Numbered from the whole stretch's first letter, positions 36,208 through 50,861 are shown. The stretch: 63,989 bases of DNA, filler included, from Octopus bimaculoides (GCF_001194135.2; 6 parts of 6 records of this genome joined end to end with filler, not necessarily neighbours in it); one strand, 5' to 3'. A program made the numbers and translations. Notes: a model not told the origin generated them from the sequence alone.

Positions 36208-38384
36208 GAGGAGTAGAGTGTGTCTGATGGAGGAGGAGAGTAACACTTGACCTCATCCAAACCTCGTTTTCGCTCCAGCAGGAAACCACGTCACATATAT
36301 AAAGTTAACGGTAAAATCTGTTACACAGAGTGAGAGAGAGAAGGAAGGGGGAGTGTTCGTTTCGTTCTGTTTTCTTCTTACCTTCTCTTTCTCTTTAGTA
36401 ATTAATTTAATGTTATTACCCGATTCGAGCCTTGGAGGAAAAAAGCATGAACACCACGATTATAAATTATTTTTTTTTGTTTCTCAATAAAAATATACGA
36501 TTCCATGCATTTTAGCGAAATATTCTAATAATTATTTAGTGTGTTAAAATTGCTGTCACAGTTAACTGCACTTCCTGAGGGCGCTTAGGGGTGACTGGCT
36601 GTTTAAGTAAAATTTCGCGAAGTTAACTTGAATGTTTCTTCCACTCTAGGGTGAAAAATAAATTGTCTGTATATAATTGAGGTGATAGATAATTTACAAT
36701 GTGTTATTATTTCTGTTTACAACTGGTTTTCCCCATCTTTCGCTATAGTTGTCAGACTCTTCTCCATGTGTCTTACCAGCAAATTGTGTTCTGTAGCCAT
36801 TCAATTTTTTGAATTGTGCGTTCAATTGAGGAAGAATATCCAACGTAAAAATGTGGTTGTGCTCAGTAATGCTAGTTTTGTTGTTTTTAAATAAATATAC
36901 ATAAACACTAATACTTGTAAATCTAAAATATTGACTTTATTTCTCGTCTTCCTTTTTCTCTATTCCATAGGATCCTATTATGAGGAACGAGTAATTTTAA
37001 CATTTATTTTCCTCGTACACCCGACTTCTTTTTCTTGGTTTTCTTCCATGCCTTCATAAATATGCGTCTTCTTTTCGAGAAATGTTTCGGTCAGAAGAGG
37101 TTTATAAAACAAAAAAGAAATTCTCTTTCCTATGTCCTAAATTATGATGCAATAGGCGTTTCTTTTAATTTCCCTACCAGTTTACATAGGGAAATTACTT
37201 GAACGTTGTGACCTGCTTCTATTGCCGTCTTAAACTAAACCTTGTGCACAACTACTATCCCCTACCCCTTCACCTGTCGAACCATCAAAAATTTAAGTGC
37301 CACTGTTTTTTCCAAAATCTCGTTTGTTTGCTAGATTGTACACTTCATGTTTCAGAAACAACAAAAAAATAAGTTTACAATTATTTTACAATATTTAATA
37401 ACCAAAATTTAAAAGTATGTTTCTATTTTATTGTTTTACTAAATTTGCAATCTTAGCCAGATATATCCACATTAAACGTGTAGCTCAACATTGTTCAACA
37501 TGTCATAAATTTGGCGAGAATTTTTCTCCAGAGAATTTTAGATGAAAGATAACTAACATTTCCAAAATTCTTCATCTGGTGCTGGAAAATATTTTGGGAT
37601 TGTAAATTTCTATTTTTCTTGTAATTATATTTTTTATTGATATTTGTTGTTAAAAATTAAGTTGGGACGAGCCAATGAGACAACCTCTACATGATTTCTT
37701 GATCTGGAAGAAATAGCAGCTAAGTTTCCCTTATAACACACCTGGATTTTTTTTTTTAAACCACATATTGGATAGTCATTTTTAAAACTTTTGATCGTCT
37801 CTTTAGGCATGACTAAATATAGAATAATTATTAATGTGTGAAATATATGAAATACGTATATGAAACTAAATAAAGGTATTCTTGTGTATTTAAAAAAAAA
37901 AATCTTTTAAACTTGGATATTTTCTTTGTGTGTAAAACAAAACTTAAAAGAAATGTGGTGTACCTCCATACATATTTTCAGTTACATCTACATTATATTT
38001 AATCATGTCAAACAAACCCATGGAAAGATGATATTCAATGCAGCCCACTTTTGTTCACGGGTCTACTCAATCAGGATTGGCCAAGGGCTAAATAATAATT
38101 TAATCCGCATCAGTTTACTTCTCATAGTAAACCTGGAATCTCTGTATTTCATTTGCTCTAACACGTCCTCTGCTGCACACTGTGTTTCTGCCAATGGCAT
38201 CAATGTTGTTGGGTGGTCATTACCCTCTATTAAGGTGCAGAAGTTTCCAAGATATAACAACTGGCAAGACATGGTATTCAGCATGGTGACAGTAACCACC
38301 AAAGCCTACTTTGCATTAGCAACAAGAGAAAGAGATGGGTAGGATGTGTCTGTAAATTTCCTCTTTGGTCTTGTGCTTATGCTT

Positions 38385-38564
38385 ATGCCATGAGATGCTT
38401 TGGGGCCTCATGAGCACTAACGTTTATTTTCATTGGTGATATCCANNNNNNNNNNTGCTTTGGGGCCTCATGAGCACTAACGTTTATTTTCATTGGTGAT
38501 ATCCGTGCCATGAGATGCTTTGGGGCCTCATGAGCACTAACGTTTATTTTCATTGGTGATATCC
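38385..38564. repeat. 60-bp tandem repeat, three units in register (10 N inside unit 2)
   Basis: Unit gtgccatgagatgctttggggcctcatgagcactaacgtttattttcattggtgatatcc. Confidence 0.9.
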
Positions 38565-39264
38565 ATAACATACCAAACTCAATGTTAGGTTGTCAGTGGG
38601 GTTCTCAGCTGTCACTAAAGAGACTCTGGAAACTATTAAACAATAGCTCGTTGCCTCTAATGGTTTCAAATTTTGATATAAGACCAGCAATTTTCTGAGG
38701 AGGTGGGTTACTTGATTACATCAACCTTTGAACTCAACAGGTACATATTTCTTTGATCCGGAAAGAGTGAGAAGCAAAGTCAACCTCAGAAGAATTCTGA
38801 GAACACCTGGAAGAAATGGTACTAAACATTTTGCCGGATGTGCCAACAATTCTACCAGCTTACTACCCTCACTTTGCTTTTAATGAAAAGTTTATTAAAG
38901 ATATAATTTTATTAAAAACTTTTTCCAAGATATAAATATAATTTTCATTTTCTAGTTATAGACCTTTGGCATAATGTTGTGCTTGAGAGAAGGCAAGCTG
39001 GCAGAACCGTTAGCATGCCGGGCAAAATGCTTTGCTACCTGTCGCTCTGTTCTGAGTTCAAATTCCACCGAGGTCGACTTTGCCTTTCATCCATTCAGGG
39101 TCGATAAATCAAGTACCAGTTGAGAACTGGGGTCAATGTAATTGACTAGTTCCCTTCCTTCAAATTTGAGGCCTTGTGCTCCCAGTAGAAAGGATTATGT
39201 TGTGTTTGAGAAGAAGATCCATCAAGCCTAATAAAATTACAGTCATGGCAGATATTGGTGTCAC

Positions 39265-39580
39265 GCAAATGACACCCATGTTGGTGGCACGTAAAAGCAC
39301 CTGGACCTCTTAGTTTGAGTTATTATGTGCCATAAAGTAAATAATATAAATGTAGCTTTTGAGCGTGGCCGTTGCCAGTACCGCCTGACTGGCCTTCGTG
39401 CGGGTGACACGTAAAAGCACCCACTACACTCTCGGAGTGGTTGGGCGTTAGGAAGGGCATCCAGCTGTAGAAACTCTGCCAAATCAGATTGGAGCCTGGT
39501 GCAGCCATCTGGTTTGCCAGTCCTCAGTCAAATCGTCCAACTCATGCCAGCATGGAAAGCGGATGTTAAACGATGATGAT
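39265..39580 (+). mobile_element. Repeat family D (core ggaagggcatccagctgtagaaac, (gat)n tail; V-SINE-like). Other copies at 24338-24617(-), 42185-42420, 45101-45386; diverged at 39590-39850 and 50870-51130
   Basis: Near-identical copies with a common tail cccatgctagcatggaaagcggacgttaaacgatgatg. Confidence 0.8.
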
Positions 39581-41604
39581 GACGGTGTAGGTGTCTGTTT
39601 CCCGTGCTGGAATGGGTTGGACCAGAGCTGGAAAGCTGGGGAGCTGCACCAGATTTGGTATGGTTTCTGTGGCTGGATGCCCTTCCTAATGCCAACCACT
39701 CCACAGAGTGTGCTGGGTGTTATTACGTGGTACCACACAAACACTTTTATGAGGCACCACACAGGCACTTTTTACATGGCGCTGCATGGGCACTTTTACA
39801 TTGCACCACATGGACAATTTTATGTGGTGCCGCATAGGCGATTCTATGAGGCACTGCCACGAGTGGTTTACACTACCAGAGATAACAGTCTTAACACTTC
39901 ATATAAGCAAAAAAAGAAAAGCAGTGATGTAATGCTATGTTGACCTTTCATGTTCCCTAATTGTCTTATTTGCTCTGAACTTATGAAAACAAGTGGAACT
40001 AAAAAATACCTTACTTGAAAAACAAATAATAGTAACAACAGGAAGAGCATCTATGCTGTTAAATAATGCCTTATTAATAAATTTTCATTCAGTCCATGCT
40101 AGCATGAGAAAAGAAATATTCTTTTCTACTCTAGGCACAAGGCCTCCAATTTTGGGGGAGGTGGGGGGCCAGTCGATTAGATTGACCCCCCCAGTATGCA
40201 ACTGGTACTTAATTTATCGACCCCGAAAGGATGAAGAGCAAAGTCAACCTTGGCAGAATTTGAACTCAGAACGTAAAGACAGATGAAATATCGCTAAGCG
40301 TTATACCTGGTGTGCTAACGTTTCTGCCAGCTCGCCGCCTTGGTGAGAAAAGAAATATTAAACAAATGAATTAATATATCTTACTCTTTACTCTTTCACT
40401 TGTTTCAGTCATTTGACTGTGGCCATGCTGGAGCACCACCTTTAGTTGAGCAAATCGTCATGAGGACTTCTTCTTTGTAAGCCTAGTGCTTATTCTATCG
40501 GTCTCTTTTGCCAAACCGCTAAGTTACGGGGACGTAAACACANNNNNNNNNNNNNNNNNNNNNNNNNNNNNNNNNNNNNNNNNNNNNNNNNNNNNNNNNN
40601 NNNNNNNNNNNNNNNNNNNNNNNNNNNNNNNNNNNNNNNNNNNNNNNNNNNNNNNNNNNNNNNNNNTATGTATATATATACATACATATATACAACAAGC
40701 TTCTTTCCTGTTTCTGTCTACCAAATCCACTCACAAGGCTTTGGTTGGCCCGAGGCTATAGTAGAAGACACTTGCCCAAGATGCCACGCAGTGGGACTCA
40801 ACCCGGAACTATGTGGTTTGTTAGCAAGCTACTTACCACACAGCCACTCCTACGCCTATCTTGTGGAAATTTTTCCATAATTTTTTTGTTTTCTTAAAAC
40901 CTCATTTTAATAAACATTGTCATAGAGTGCTGTGATACCTGAGAGAGTAGTGGTTAATAGTGAATGGCACTGTGAAGTTTTAAGCATACACAATACATAT
41001 AATTGACAAAATGCCAACAATGATGTCACATACCTTAAATGTGACAAGATAGGGTGATGAGGTCATAGAAACAAAGGGAAACAATATTAGGATATTTGAT
41101 ACCTGAAACAAAAAACTACGTAGGATGGTCATGGTTGGAATACTTTACATTATAGGTTTGCTCAATCAGAGTCAACCTTCACATCACCATCTTTCTGTCA
41201 TCCTCCTTCTCCTCTTTGAAATGAACACTGTAAAAGAAGCCCCTATGAGAAGATGTTTATCTAACGTGAGGGAGACATTAATGATGTGTAACATTAATAC
41301 AGACCCTATCCCTTGTGAAATTAGTTATTTCTAATAAGAATTAGGCTGAAATGCTAGATATGTGTTTGTGTGTGTGCGTATACACATAAGGTACAGGTGT
41401 GGCTGCAGGGTAAGAAGTTTGCTTCTCAGTTAAATGGTTCTGGGTTCAGTCCACTGTGTGGCACTTTAGGCTATTACCTTCTATCATAGCTCCAGGCCAA
41501 TAAAGGTTTCGTGAGTGAATTTGGTAGATGGTAGCTGAAAGAAGCCTGCTGTGTGTGTGTGTGTGTGTGTGTACGTGTTTGTGTTTGTGCTTGTCCCACA
41601 CCAC

Positions 41605-41885
41605 TGGTTAAGTCACTGGACTGCACCACTGCTGGTGCACCGTACTGAATGGGATTAAGTTGATAAAATCGATCCTAGTATATATTTCAAAACTGGTATT
41701 CATACTTATTCTATCGGTCTTTTTGTAGCTGTAAACAAACCAATGTCTCTTGATAACCAACGGTTGTTAGGCGATGAGAAACAAAAATAATAACGTAGAT
41801 ACGTAATCACATATATTCAAATATAGACACACCTACATAAAGTGTTCCCTATCGACTTTTTTTCCTCATAACTTTCAGAAAAATT
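41605..41885 (+). repeat. 281-bp direct duplication, copy 1 (copy 2 at 43803-44083)
   Basis: Near-identical text, with only about 10 substitutions. Confidence 0.9.
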
Positions 41886-42566
41886 CGTATGAAGAAAACA
41901 AAAGACGACAGGTGTAGGAACAACAAACAACAGTATTAGTTTGACACTCGGGAAAATGGAAAAGTCTTTTACATTTTGAGCCTACGCTCTTTGACAGAAA
42001 GGAATAAGAGAAAATTTATTTTCCTCTTAAATACCCTTCCTTTTTTCCCTATGTTTCTCTTTCCTTTTCTGATGAAATATTGCGTGAAATATCAAAATGT
42101 GGAATGTTAACCCCACTCCCATTTCAACACCTAAAGCGTTAAACTAATAGCATATTCATCAAACTTTGTTTATTTCTACACCATTTTGAGCGTAGCCGTT
42201 GCCAGTACCGCCTGACTGGCCTTCGTGCCGGTGGTACGTAAAAGCACCCACTACACTCTCGGAGTGGTTGGCGTTAGGAAGGGCATCCAGCTGTAGAAAC
42301 TCTGCCAAATCAGATTGGAGTCTGGTGTAGCCATCTGGCTTCACCAGTTCTCAGTCAAATTGTCCAACCCATGCTAGCATGGAAAGCAGACGTTAAACGA
42401 TGATGATGATGATGATGATATATATATATATATATATATATATTGTTTCATTTATAACAAAGCTGCTCAGTAGTTTGGTTATGTAATTTTTACCAAAACG
42501 AAAACTTGTACATATTTTGTTGTGCCTTATAATTTAACACACTCGCCAGTAAAATTTCCACTCATT

Positions 42567-42947
42567 TACTTTACTCTTTATTCTTTTACTTGTTACTTTG
42601 GTCGAGTAAATCGACCCCAGGACTTATTCTTTGTAAACCTAGTAGTTATTCTATCGGTTTCTTTTTGCCGAACCGCTAAGTTACGGGGACGTAAACACAC
42701 CAGCATCGGTTGTCAAGCGATGGTGGTGGTGGTGGGGGACAAACACAGACACACAAACACAAACACACACACACACACATACATATACATATACACGACG
42801 GGCTTCTTTCAGTTTCCGTCTACCAAATCCTCTCACAAGGATTTGGTCGGCCCGAGGCTATTGTAGAAGACACTTGCCCAAGGTGCCACGCAGTGGGACT
42901 GAACCCGGAACCATGCGGTTGGTAAACAAGCTACTTACCACACAACC
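42567..42947 (-). mobile_element. SINE family A. Further copies or fragments at about 853-1050, 15926-16155, 33897-34120, 40380-40858, 45865-46750, 48640-49040, 55934-56120, 58560-58927, 60425-60727, 61490-61895, 63680-63930
   Basis: Repeated near-identical blocks, e.g. gggcaagtgtcttctactatagcc and ggcggtgctccagcatggccgcagtcaaatgactgaaac. Confidence 0.85.
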
Positions 42948-43329
42948 TATGTACAAAATATAGTAAAATTTTCAATTATAAAATTTATACAGTGTTCATA
43001 TGCCTATTTGTGACATAAATTGCGTTTCCACTAAGACTTAAAACAGATTTGAACAGAAAATCGTCCGGTAATTACCATTTGAATGGAAAATTTGTTTTCA
43101 CTACAAAACACATATTGCTAGGTTTGTACCACCCACTTGAAACTCAACTACAATCTAGCTGAAGAATATAGAATACACCATATGTAGTTTAAACGTCCTA
43201 AATTCAGTGGTGACGTTAATGAAGATGTTACGCGTTAATTTAATGTCTTAAACTTATCTTTATAAACGTACATAGATATATACAAGATTTACACAGATAT
43301 AAGAGTTAGAAGTTGTGATCTACCCGCGG

Positions 43330-43600
43330 ATCTTTTTCTTTGGAAATTTTTACCCGCCGCGCTGCAAAGTTCCCCCCACTCCTGGGTTAACGAAATCTAC
43401 TGAAGCAAGCCTGCACGCTCGCAGCTTTACCACGGGGCGATGGCGAGGCTAAGCCGTTGGGAAAGCCAAGTGCCCTCACAGATATCACTTGACACCTCGA
43501 CAAGGCGAGCTGCCAATGTTGACAATAACTTCGCTGTTAGTGGCCCAATCCCTCCCTTTTGTAGTTTACTTTGTACCTGCTCACATTGTTTCAACCTCAC
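43330..43600 (-). mobile_element. CRE-like non-LTR retrotransposon C-terminal remnant
   Basis: GGIGPLTAKLLSTLAARLVEVSSD...WLSQRLSLAIA followed by a decayed RGNAAS-like motif. Confidence 0.55.
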
Positions 43601-46528
43601 ACGATTAATATCTTTAAAATATATATTAGAAATATAAATTTCTAGAAATGTTATTCTTGGAAAATGTTTGTGAATTCTTTTTTTTTTTTCACACGCCTTT
43701 TCCCACGACATAAAACCAGTATTTCCCGCCAAAGTTTTCACTGTCACGTCACCAGAATCAATCAGTATGTTTATTATTTTTTTATTCGTATACTCTTATA
43801 CTTGGTTAAGTCACTGGACTGCACCACTGCTGGTGCACCGTACTGAATGGGATTAAGTTGATAAAATCGATCCCAGTACATATTTCAAAACTGGTATTCA
43901 TACTTATTCTATCGGTCTTTTTGTAGTTATAAACAAACCAATGTCCCTTGATAACCAACGGTTGTTAGGCGAGGAGAAACAAAAATAATAACGTAGATAC
44001 GTAATCACATATATCCAAATATAGACACACCTACATAAAGTGTTCCCCATCGACTTTCTTTCCTCATAACTTTCAGAAAAATTGGTATTTTATAATGAAA
44101 TTTTCTGTTAATACTTTTCAGAAGATGTACATTACGATTATATCGGAATTTAAAGTGAAAAAGAAAAAAAAACCCGTAAAACTCCGACAAAAACAAAGAA
44201 CGTTGGTGGCTCCACGCAGATACATTACTGACGCACATCAAGTAATTTTTCAAAATTACAGGTTTATTTTGTAGATATATGTGATGTGCGTCAGTATGTA
44301 TGTATGTATGTGCTCACAGTAATGCTTTGCTCGATTTGCTCGACTAAAGGCGGTGCTCCAGCATGGCTGCAGTCAAATGACTGAAACAAGTAAAAGAGTA
44401 TACCAGCCTGCAGGCGCAATTGCGTCCGCGGGCGAGGATCTCCCCACCGCTGCGTTAAACCTTGCGGTGTGCGGCCAGTTGCTGTGATGAGAGTTCTCCG
44501 ACGATTTTCTTTCCTGTAAATAATAAATGTTTATATTAATTTAAAAACTTGCTAGAAAAATCTTATAAAATGACAATGTTCTAAAAGATGTACATGTTTA
44601 TATATTATACAGCAACACCTCGACATATCGCGGTTCACCTATCGCGGCACAACAGAAACAGGAAGAAAGAGTGAGAGAAAGTTGTGGTGAAAGAGTACAG
44701 CAGGGTTTGCCACCATCCCCTGCCGGAGCCTCGTGGAGCTTTAGATGTTTTAGCTCAATAAACACTCACAACGCCAGGTCTGGGAATCGAAACCGCGATC
44801 CACTAGGCCATTGCGCCTCCACCGGTCCAGATGGACTATATGTAATCTGAACCTCCCCCCCCTTATTATTTTTATTTTTTACGGAATCCCACGTTTTAGG
44901 CTATGGAGATTCCGATTCTGAAAAAAAATTTTCAAAAATCTCAAATTCAAAATTTCGACCAAGCCCCATTTCCTCATTTAAAAATATTTTCCGGAATTTT
45001 NNNNNNNNNNNNNNNNNNNNNNNNNNNNNNNNNNNNNNNNNNNNTTAATTAATTAANNNNNNNNNNNNNNNNNNNNNNNNNNNNNNNNNNNNNNNNNNNN
45101 TGTAGGATTTTCGAGCGAGATCGTTGCCAGTGCCCCTGGACTGGCTTGTGCGGGTGGCACATAAAAGACACCATTTCGAGCGTGGCCGTTTTCGTGCGGG
45201 TGACACGTAAAAGCACCCACTACACTCTCTGAGTGGTTGGCGTTAGGAAGGGCATCCAGCTGTAGAAACTCTGCCAAATCAGACTGGAGCCTGGTGTTGC
45301 CATCCGGTTTCACCAGTCTTCAGTCAAATCGTCCAACCCATGCTAGCATGGAAAGCGGACGTTAAACGATGATGATGATGATGATGAGTGTATGCACTTA
45401 TAGTATTAAAAAAAAAAGAGATGAATGTGCTCATGTAAGTACAGCTACATGCATACATTTCAACACATACACACACGAAATGGTTGTCTCTCTTGTGAGA
45501 AATTTCTTTGTTTTACTTGGTTTATTTGTATCGAAACAATATTTTCAGCCTGCTTTTTGAAAGAAAATAGGTGTGGATTACTTATCTGAAAAGGAGAGTA
45601 ATCCTATGTCTAATTAATGAAGCTAGTTTTGTTTGGTGAAAGATCTCTTTCAAGCAATATTGTTTATGTCTCAGTAGATGTGTATCCGTGTCTGCTACCT
45701 CATATGTTATAATATATAAAGTAAAACACATAATGAAGATTAGTGGATATGATGTCACTGTACTTTAGCTGTGTACTAATGCATCTGTCTTTTCTGAGTA
45801 AATGAATGTTTGTATTTAAGAAAAGAAAGACTGGATTACCTAATGAAGCACACTGTTTTTAATATCTCTTATCTTTTGCTTGTTTCATTCATTTGACTGT
45901 GGCCATGCTGGGGCATTGCCTTGAATGGTTTTAGTTGAACAAATCACTTCCAGTATTTATTCTTAAGTCTGGCACTTATTCTGTTGGTCTTTTTTTTTCT
46001 TTTGTTGGTTTGCTAAGTTACACTGGTTGTCAAGCAATGGTGGGGGACAAGCATAAACACAATGACACACACACACACATATGTAATGAAAAAGGTTCGG
46101 TAAAATCATTTTTCTATATGGTGAAATGTAGAGACAAATATAAAAAAAGGAATATGCACAGAAATCTTATGATGGACAATATGTGTGTGTATATATATAT
46201 ATATATATNNNNNNNNNNNNNNNNNNNNNNNNNNNNNNNNNNNNNNNNNNNNNNNNNNNNNNNNNNNNNNNNNNNNNNNNNNNNNNNNNNNNNNNNNNNN
46301 NNNNNNNNNNNNNNNNNNNNNNNNNNNNNNNNNNNNNNNNNNNNNNNNNNNNNNNNNNNNNNNNNNNNNNNNNNNNNNNNNNNNNNNNNNNNNNNNNNNN
46401 NNNNNNNNNNNNNNNNNNNNNNNNNNNNNNNNNNNNNNNNNNNNNNNNNNNNNNNNNNNNNNNNNNNNNNNNNNNNNNNNNNNNNNNNNNNNNNNNNNNN
46501 NNNNNNNNNNNNNNNNNNNNNNNNNNNN

Positions 46529-46585
<57 letters not shown>

Positions 46586-49500
46586 CAATGGGCTTCTTTT
46601 AGTTTCTGTCTACCAAATCCACTCACAAGGCTTTAGTCAACCCGAGGCTATAGTAGAAGACACTTGCCCAAGGTGCCATGCAGTGGGACTGAATCCGGAA
46701 CCATGTGGTTGGTAAGCAAGCTACTTGTCACACAGCCACTCCTGTGCCTATATGTATATATGAAATAAAATATTTACATAATCGACTGGTTTCGCCTGTG
46801 CTAATCATGACTAAGAGGTTAATGACAATGTTATAATTTTATGCTATCATAAGAAGTTTTCATTCCATTTTCGTAGAAAGAAACAATGGTTTTCTTTCAG
46901 TTTCTGTCTACCAGATCCACTCACAAAGCTTTGGTCAGCCTGAGGTTTGGCCAAGGCGCTACAGTGTGGGACTGAACCTGAAACAATGTGGTTGGAAAGC
47001 AAACTTTTGACTATACAGCTAAGGCCTGCACCTATCATGTAATAAATAGATGACCAGTGAGAAATAAAAATGAGTCATACTAAATCTTAGTTGTTAGAAA
47101 CCTTGCATAGAGAATTATTTCTAAAACCGGGTTGAATTTGATGTTAAAGAGATACTGCACTTTGACACCTGTATGTGTCTTCATTAACCTAATTACGAAC
47201 TAAGCTAGCATTTAAATTTGACCTGTCCAGTACAGCATAACCTGCTTATCACTTTCACTGCTTAAGTTTCAAGGTGTGTCTCTGATTGTTTGTTAATTAG
47301 AAATCCAGTTGCTTGATGTTAAAAATAAAGAGGAGACAGCATTAATTAAAAAAGTAAATAAATAATAAAATAAATAACCTAATAGATATGTTGATTTTAT
47401 TGGAATATTTTCTGTGCATATATGTGCATGTGTGCATGCATGAAACAATCCTTCGATAGTTATGTGAAGAAAAATTATTGCTAAATTTTCAAGTGTTATC
47501 ATGAGTTTAAAATACTGAATTTTGCAAATTTCAAATAGAATTATTTCTTTCAAAATATGGAAATTTATTAAAAATATTTTTTCTTTCTTTCTTTCTTTCT
47601 TTCTCTTAGAAAGCTTCTTTTCCTATTAACTTTGCTGTCTGTTCAAATTATAAAGTATGTTTATAAGTGCAGGCACATTTAATAGCAAACTATGTTAAAT
47701 ATTCTCCTTTACAATAGTGACCATCCTAGTTGTTAATAAAAGCTAAAAAGAAGTGATTTTGCTGTTATGTATCTTTTTTGCTAATTACAATTTCTTTTCT
47801 TATTTAGAACATTACTTTACATGTAATTTATAATTTAAGCTAAGCTTACATATTAAATCTCACATTCATTTCTAAAGGTCACATGATTTAATCTTTTATT
47901 GGTTAGGTTTCAGAAGTATATAAGACCACATTAGTATATATTACATCGGGTATATGAGTAAAACATATTTGCGTAGAAGGTGCATCTTTCGATAACTGAA
48001 ATCCTTAATTTTTTATTCCTGTTTTCTGTACATGGCATTGTTCCCATGTAATCAGACTATATACAATTCTAAGTAAATAGCTTGCCAGAAATTAGGTTAA
48101 TATAGCTTGGGATCCATACCAAGAAGCCTAATCTAATTTTATCTGTATAGTTTTTTACATCTTTATATTTGAGGATAGCGTTGTTTTTTATTAAATTGCA
48201 ATATGATATAAATAAGATTGTGCCAATAGCAATGTACTGTTAGATATTCGTTTCGATGTACACACACAAGGTATTAAAGATTGTTAAGTTTTGGTCTGAG
48301 TAACTATACATTACATGTTTGGAGAAAACAATGGAAGGAGAACTGTTCCTCCAAGGTAAGAATGAAATAACTGCAGTAATTACTGGATTTGCCAAAGCAA
48401 TAAAAATTATTATTGAATTTGTGGTATATCTTATGTGAAGTGAAGTAAGTCTTGTTACTAGAATGTAGGCATTTATAGTTAGTAAATTGAGTAAAAGATT
48501 GTGCGTCTAAACTTAAGTTTAGAGCAGTGCTCCAAAACATGTTTTGATTACATATAAGAATTTTCCAATTCTGAAGAGGAATAGAAAAAAAAAAAAAGAA
48601 TATATAGGAACCCAAGGAAAGTGATTTTTAAAATCTTTTACTTTTTTCACTATTGGACTGTGGCCATACTGGGGCACTACCTTGAAGAGTTTTTAGTCAA
48701 AAAAATTGATCTCAGTACTTATTATTTTTAAACCAGGTATTTAGTCTATTGGTCTGTTTTGTCCAACTGTTACATTACAGGCGTGTAAACAAACTAACAC
48801 TGGTTGTCAAGTGGTTGTGGTTGGAGACAAAGACACACACACATGCGCATGCACATACACACACACACATATGATGGGACTTCCATACAGTTTTCATCTA
48901 CAAAATTCGCTCTCAAGGCATTTGGTTGGCCTAGGACAATAGTAGAGGACACTTGCCCATAGTACAATGCAGTGGGACTGAACCCAAAATCATGCGATTT
49001 CAAAGTAAGCTTCTTAACCACACAGCCATGCCTGCACCTAATGATTTGAAAAATAACAACATATGATGCTCAGAGAGGGCAGGGCAGTGCTCTTGACTCT
49101 TACAGGTTACATCAGTAGGTTGGTGGCTGTAGGAAATATGTAAGCATGGAGGGAGTTCCATAAGGTTATCCCCTGAAATTCTTTGTTGTTTTCAAGTCAT
49201 AATAGGTTTGAATGTCAAGGTCAACAAATTCAAGTTATTTTATAGTCAACTGTAGACAAAAGAATTTTGTTTTTATTCCAAATTTGTTTTATTTATTTGT
49301 TTATTTATTTATTGGAAGTTGTAACTAAATATTTTAAACAAATTCATTCTCTAAATAAAAGAATGAATTCAGACACTTGAATAAAGCTGATTTACTATAC
49401 ACAAATATGTTATGACACATTTTTGAAATTTTAGTTAAGAGAGGTAATTGGAATATGAAATTTCCTTCAACTAATGTAAGAAAACTACTTCCAAGTCATA

Positions 49501-50861
49501 TTGAGAGTGTTGAGATTCTCTACAGCAGTAATTCTCCAATTTTTTAACAACTTAGCAGTGAACTAGATATCAAACAAAAGATTATTGGTGCACATTACCT
49601 GAAAAGTTAAATTTGGAAAGTCAAAAGAGCAAACTGTATTTTGAAGATGTATTTCAAAGTTAAAAATTTTGAGAGAATATTGAAAGCTATTGCTTGTTTT
49701 ATTGAGCATACATCTGTGTATCACAAAATTATGAATTCTGTTTTCCCAGAAGCCTTAAATTATATTTTTAAAATCTATGGCACACTGATGTACCTCTAGT
49801 GGTTTGATGATTACAGCTGGATGCCTTCCTAGTGCCAACTATTTTACAGTGTGTACGGGGTTTTTTTTTTGCTGCACAAACACTAGTGAGGTCACCATGC
49901 AGCTTTGCATGACTGAGATCCACTTCCACTGATTGATGCTACAGTAGAAAGGGTGAGGGATTGAAGTGTGAAAGAAGAGGTCAGAGCAGAACAGGTTTCT
50001 TGCTGTAGACTATTCACACTATAGGATATGATTACTTACACTATAGAAGAGAGGGTGGAGCTGACAAGAGAAAAAATATCCTTTGTACTGGAGGCACAAG
50101 GCCTCAAATTTGTGGGGGGAGGGGGACTGGTTGATTACATTGACTCCAGTGTTTTACAGCTATTTAATTTATCAACCCCAAAAGGATGAAAGGCAAAATC
50201 AACCTCAGCAGAATTTGAACTCAGAATGTAGCAACAGGCTAAATACTGCTAAGCATTTCATCCAGCTCACTGCCTTGAAAAGACAAAAAATGGTGGTGAG
50301 GAAATGTTAGGGTGGACCCTTGAGATATAAAGTGAGAAGAAGTTGGGACAAGAAAACAAGAAACATGAGTGGGTAGAGGTTGCGAGAGTATATATAAATG
50401 AGAGATAATAAGAGATAGGGATTCTCCTACAAAGTAGTAAGGAAATTGAAAAGAAAAATGTTTAGCATTAATAAAATATAATATTTATAATCTCTCATTG
50501 CATATTTATAGTAATCAATATTCAGCATGTTTAGAAAATTTACAAAAATTTGGGTAGAAGTCTGTAAATAATCAATAGAATAAACCTAAAATTATTTTAT
50601 TTTTTTATTTTAATATCTTAGTATAATCAAAATGTAAAACAGAACAATAGCTTTATAATTTTAATTGGCTTTAATTTAGTTTGTAAATTAATCAAATTAT
50701 TCAAATTGTTCATCTTCATGACCAGTGCATTGTTTTTTAATTAGTTTAAAGTATAATTGGGTGAAATTAAAGTGATTAATGAATTAATACTGATTTGTTA
50801 ATTTTTACCTAAACCGGGTGAAACTTACTGATGACTCTGTACTACCACCACCACCATCATT

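Noticed and set aside
38385-38564. CRISPR-like array
   Set aside because: Units are contiguous with no spacers, in a eukaryotic context with no cas genes.
44005-44253. 'SRWGTLY' as another WGR exon of the C4 gene
   Set aside because: No following C-P or LVY-G, no suitable splice sites, and it lies in a duplicated non-coding block.
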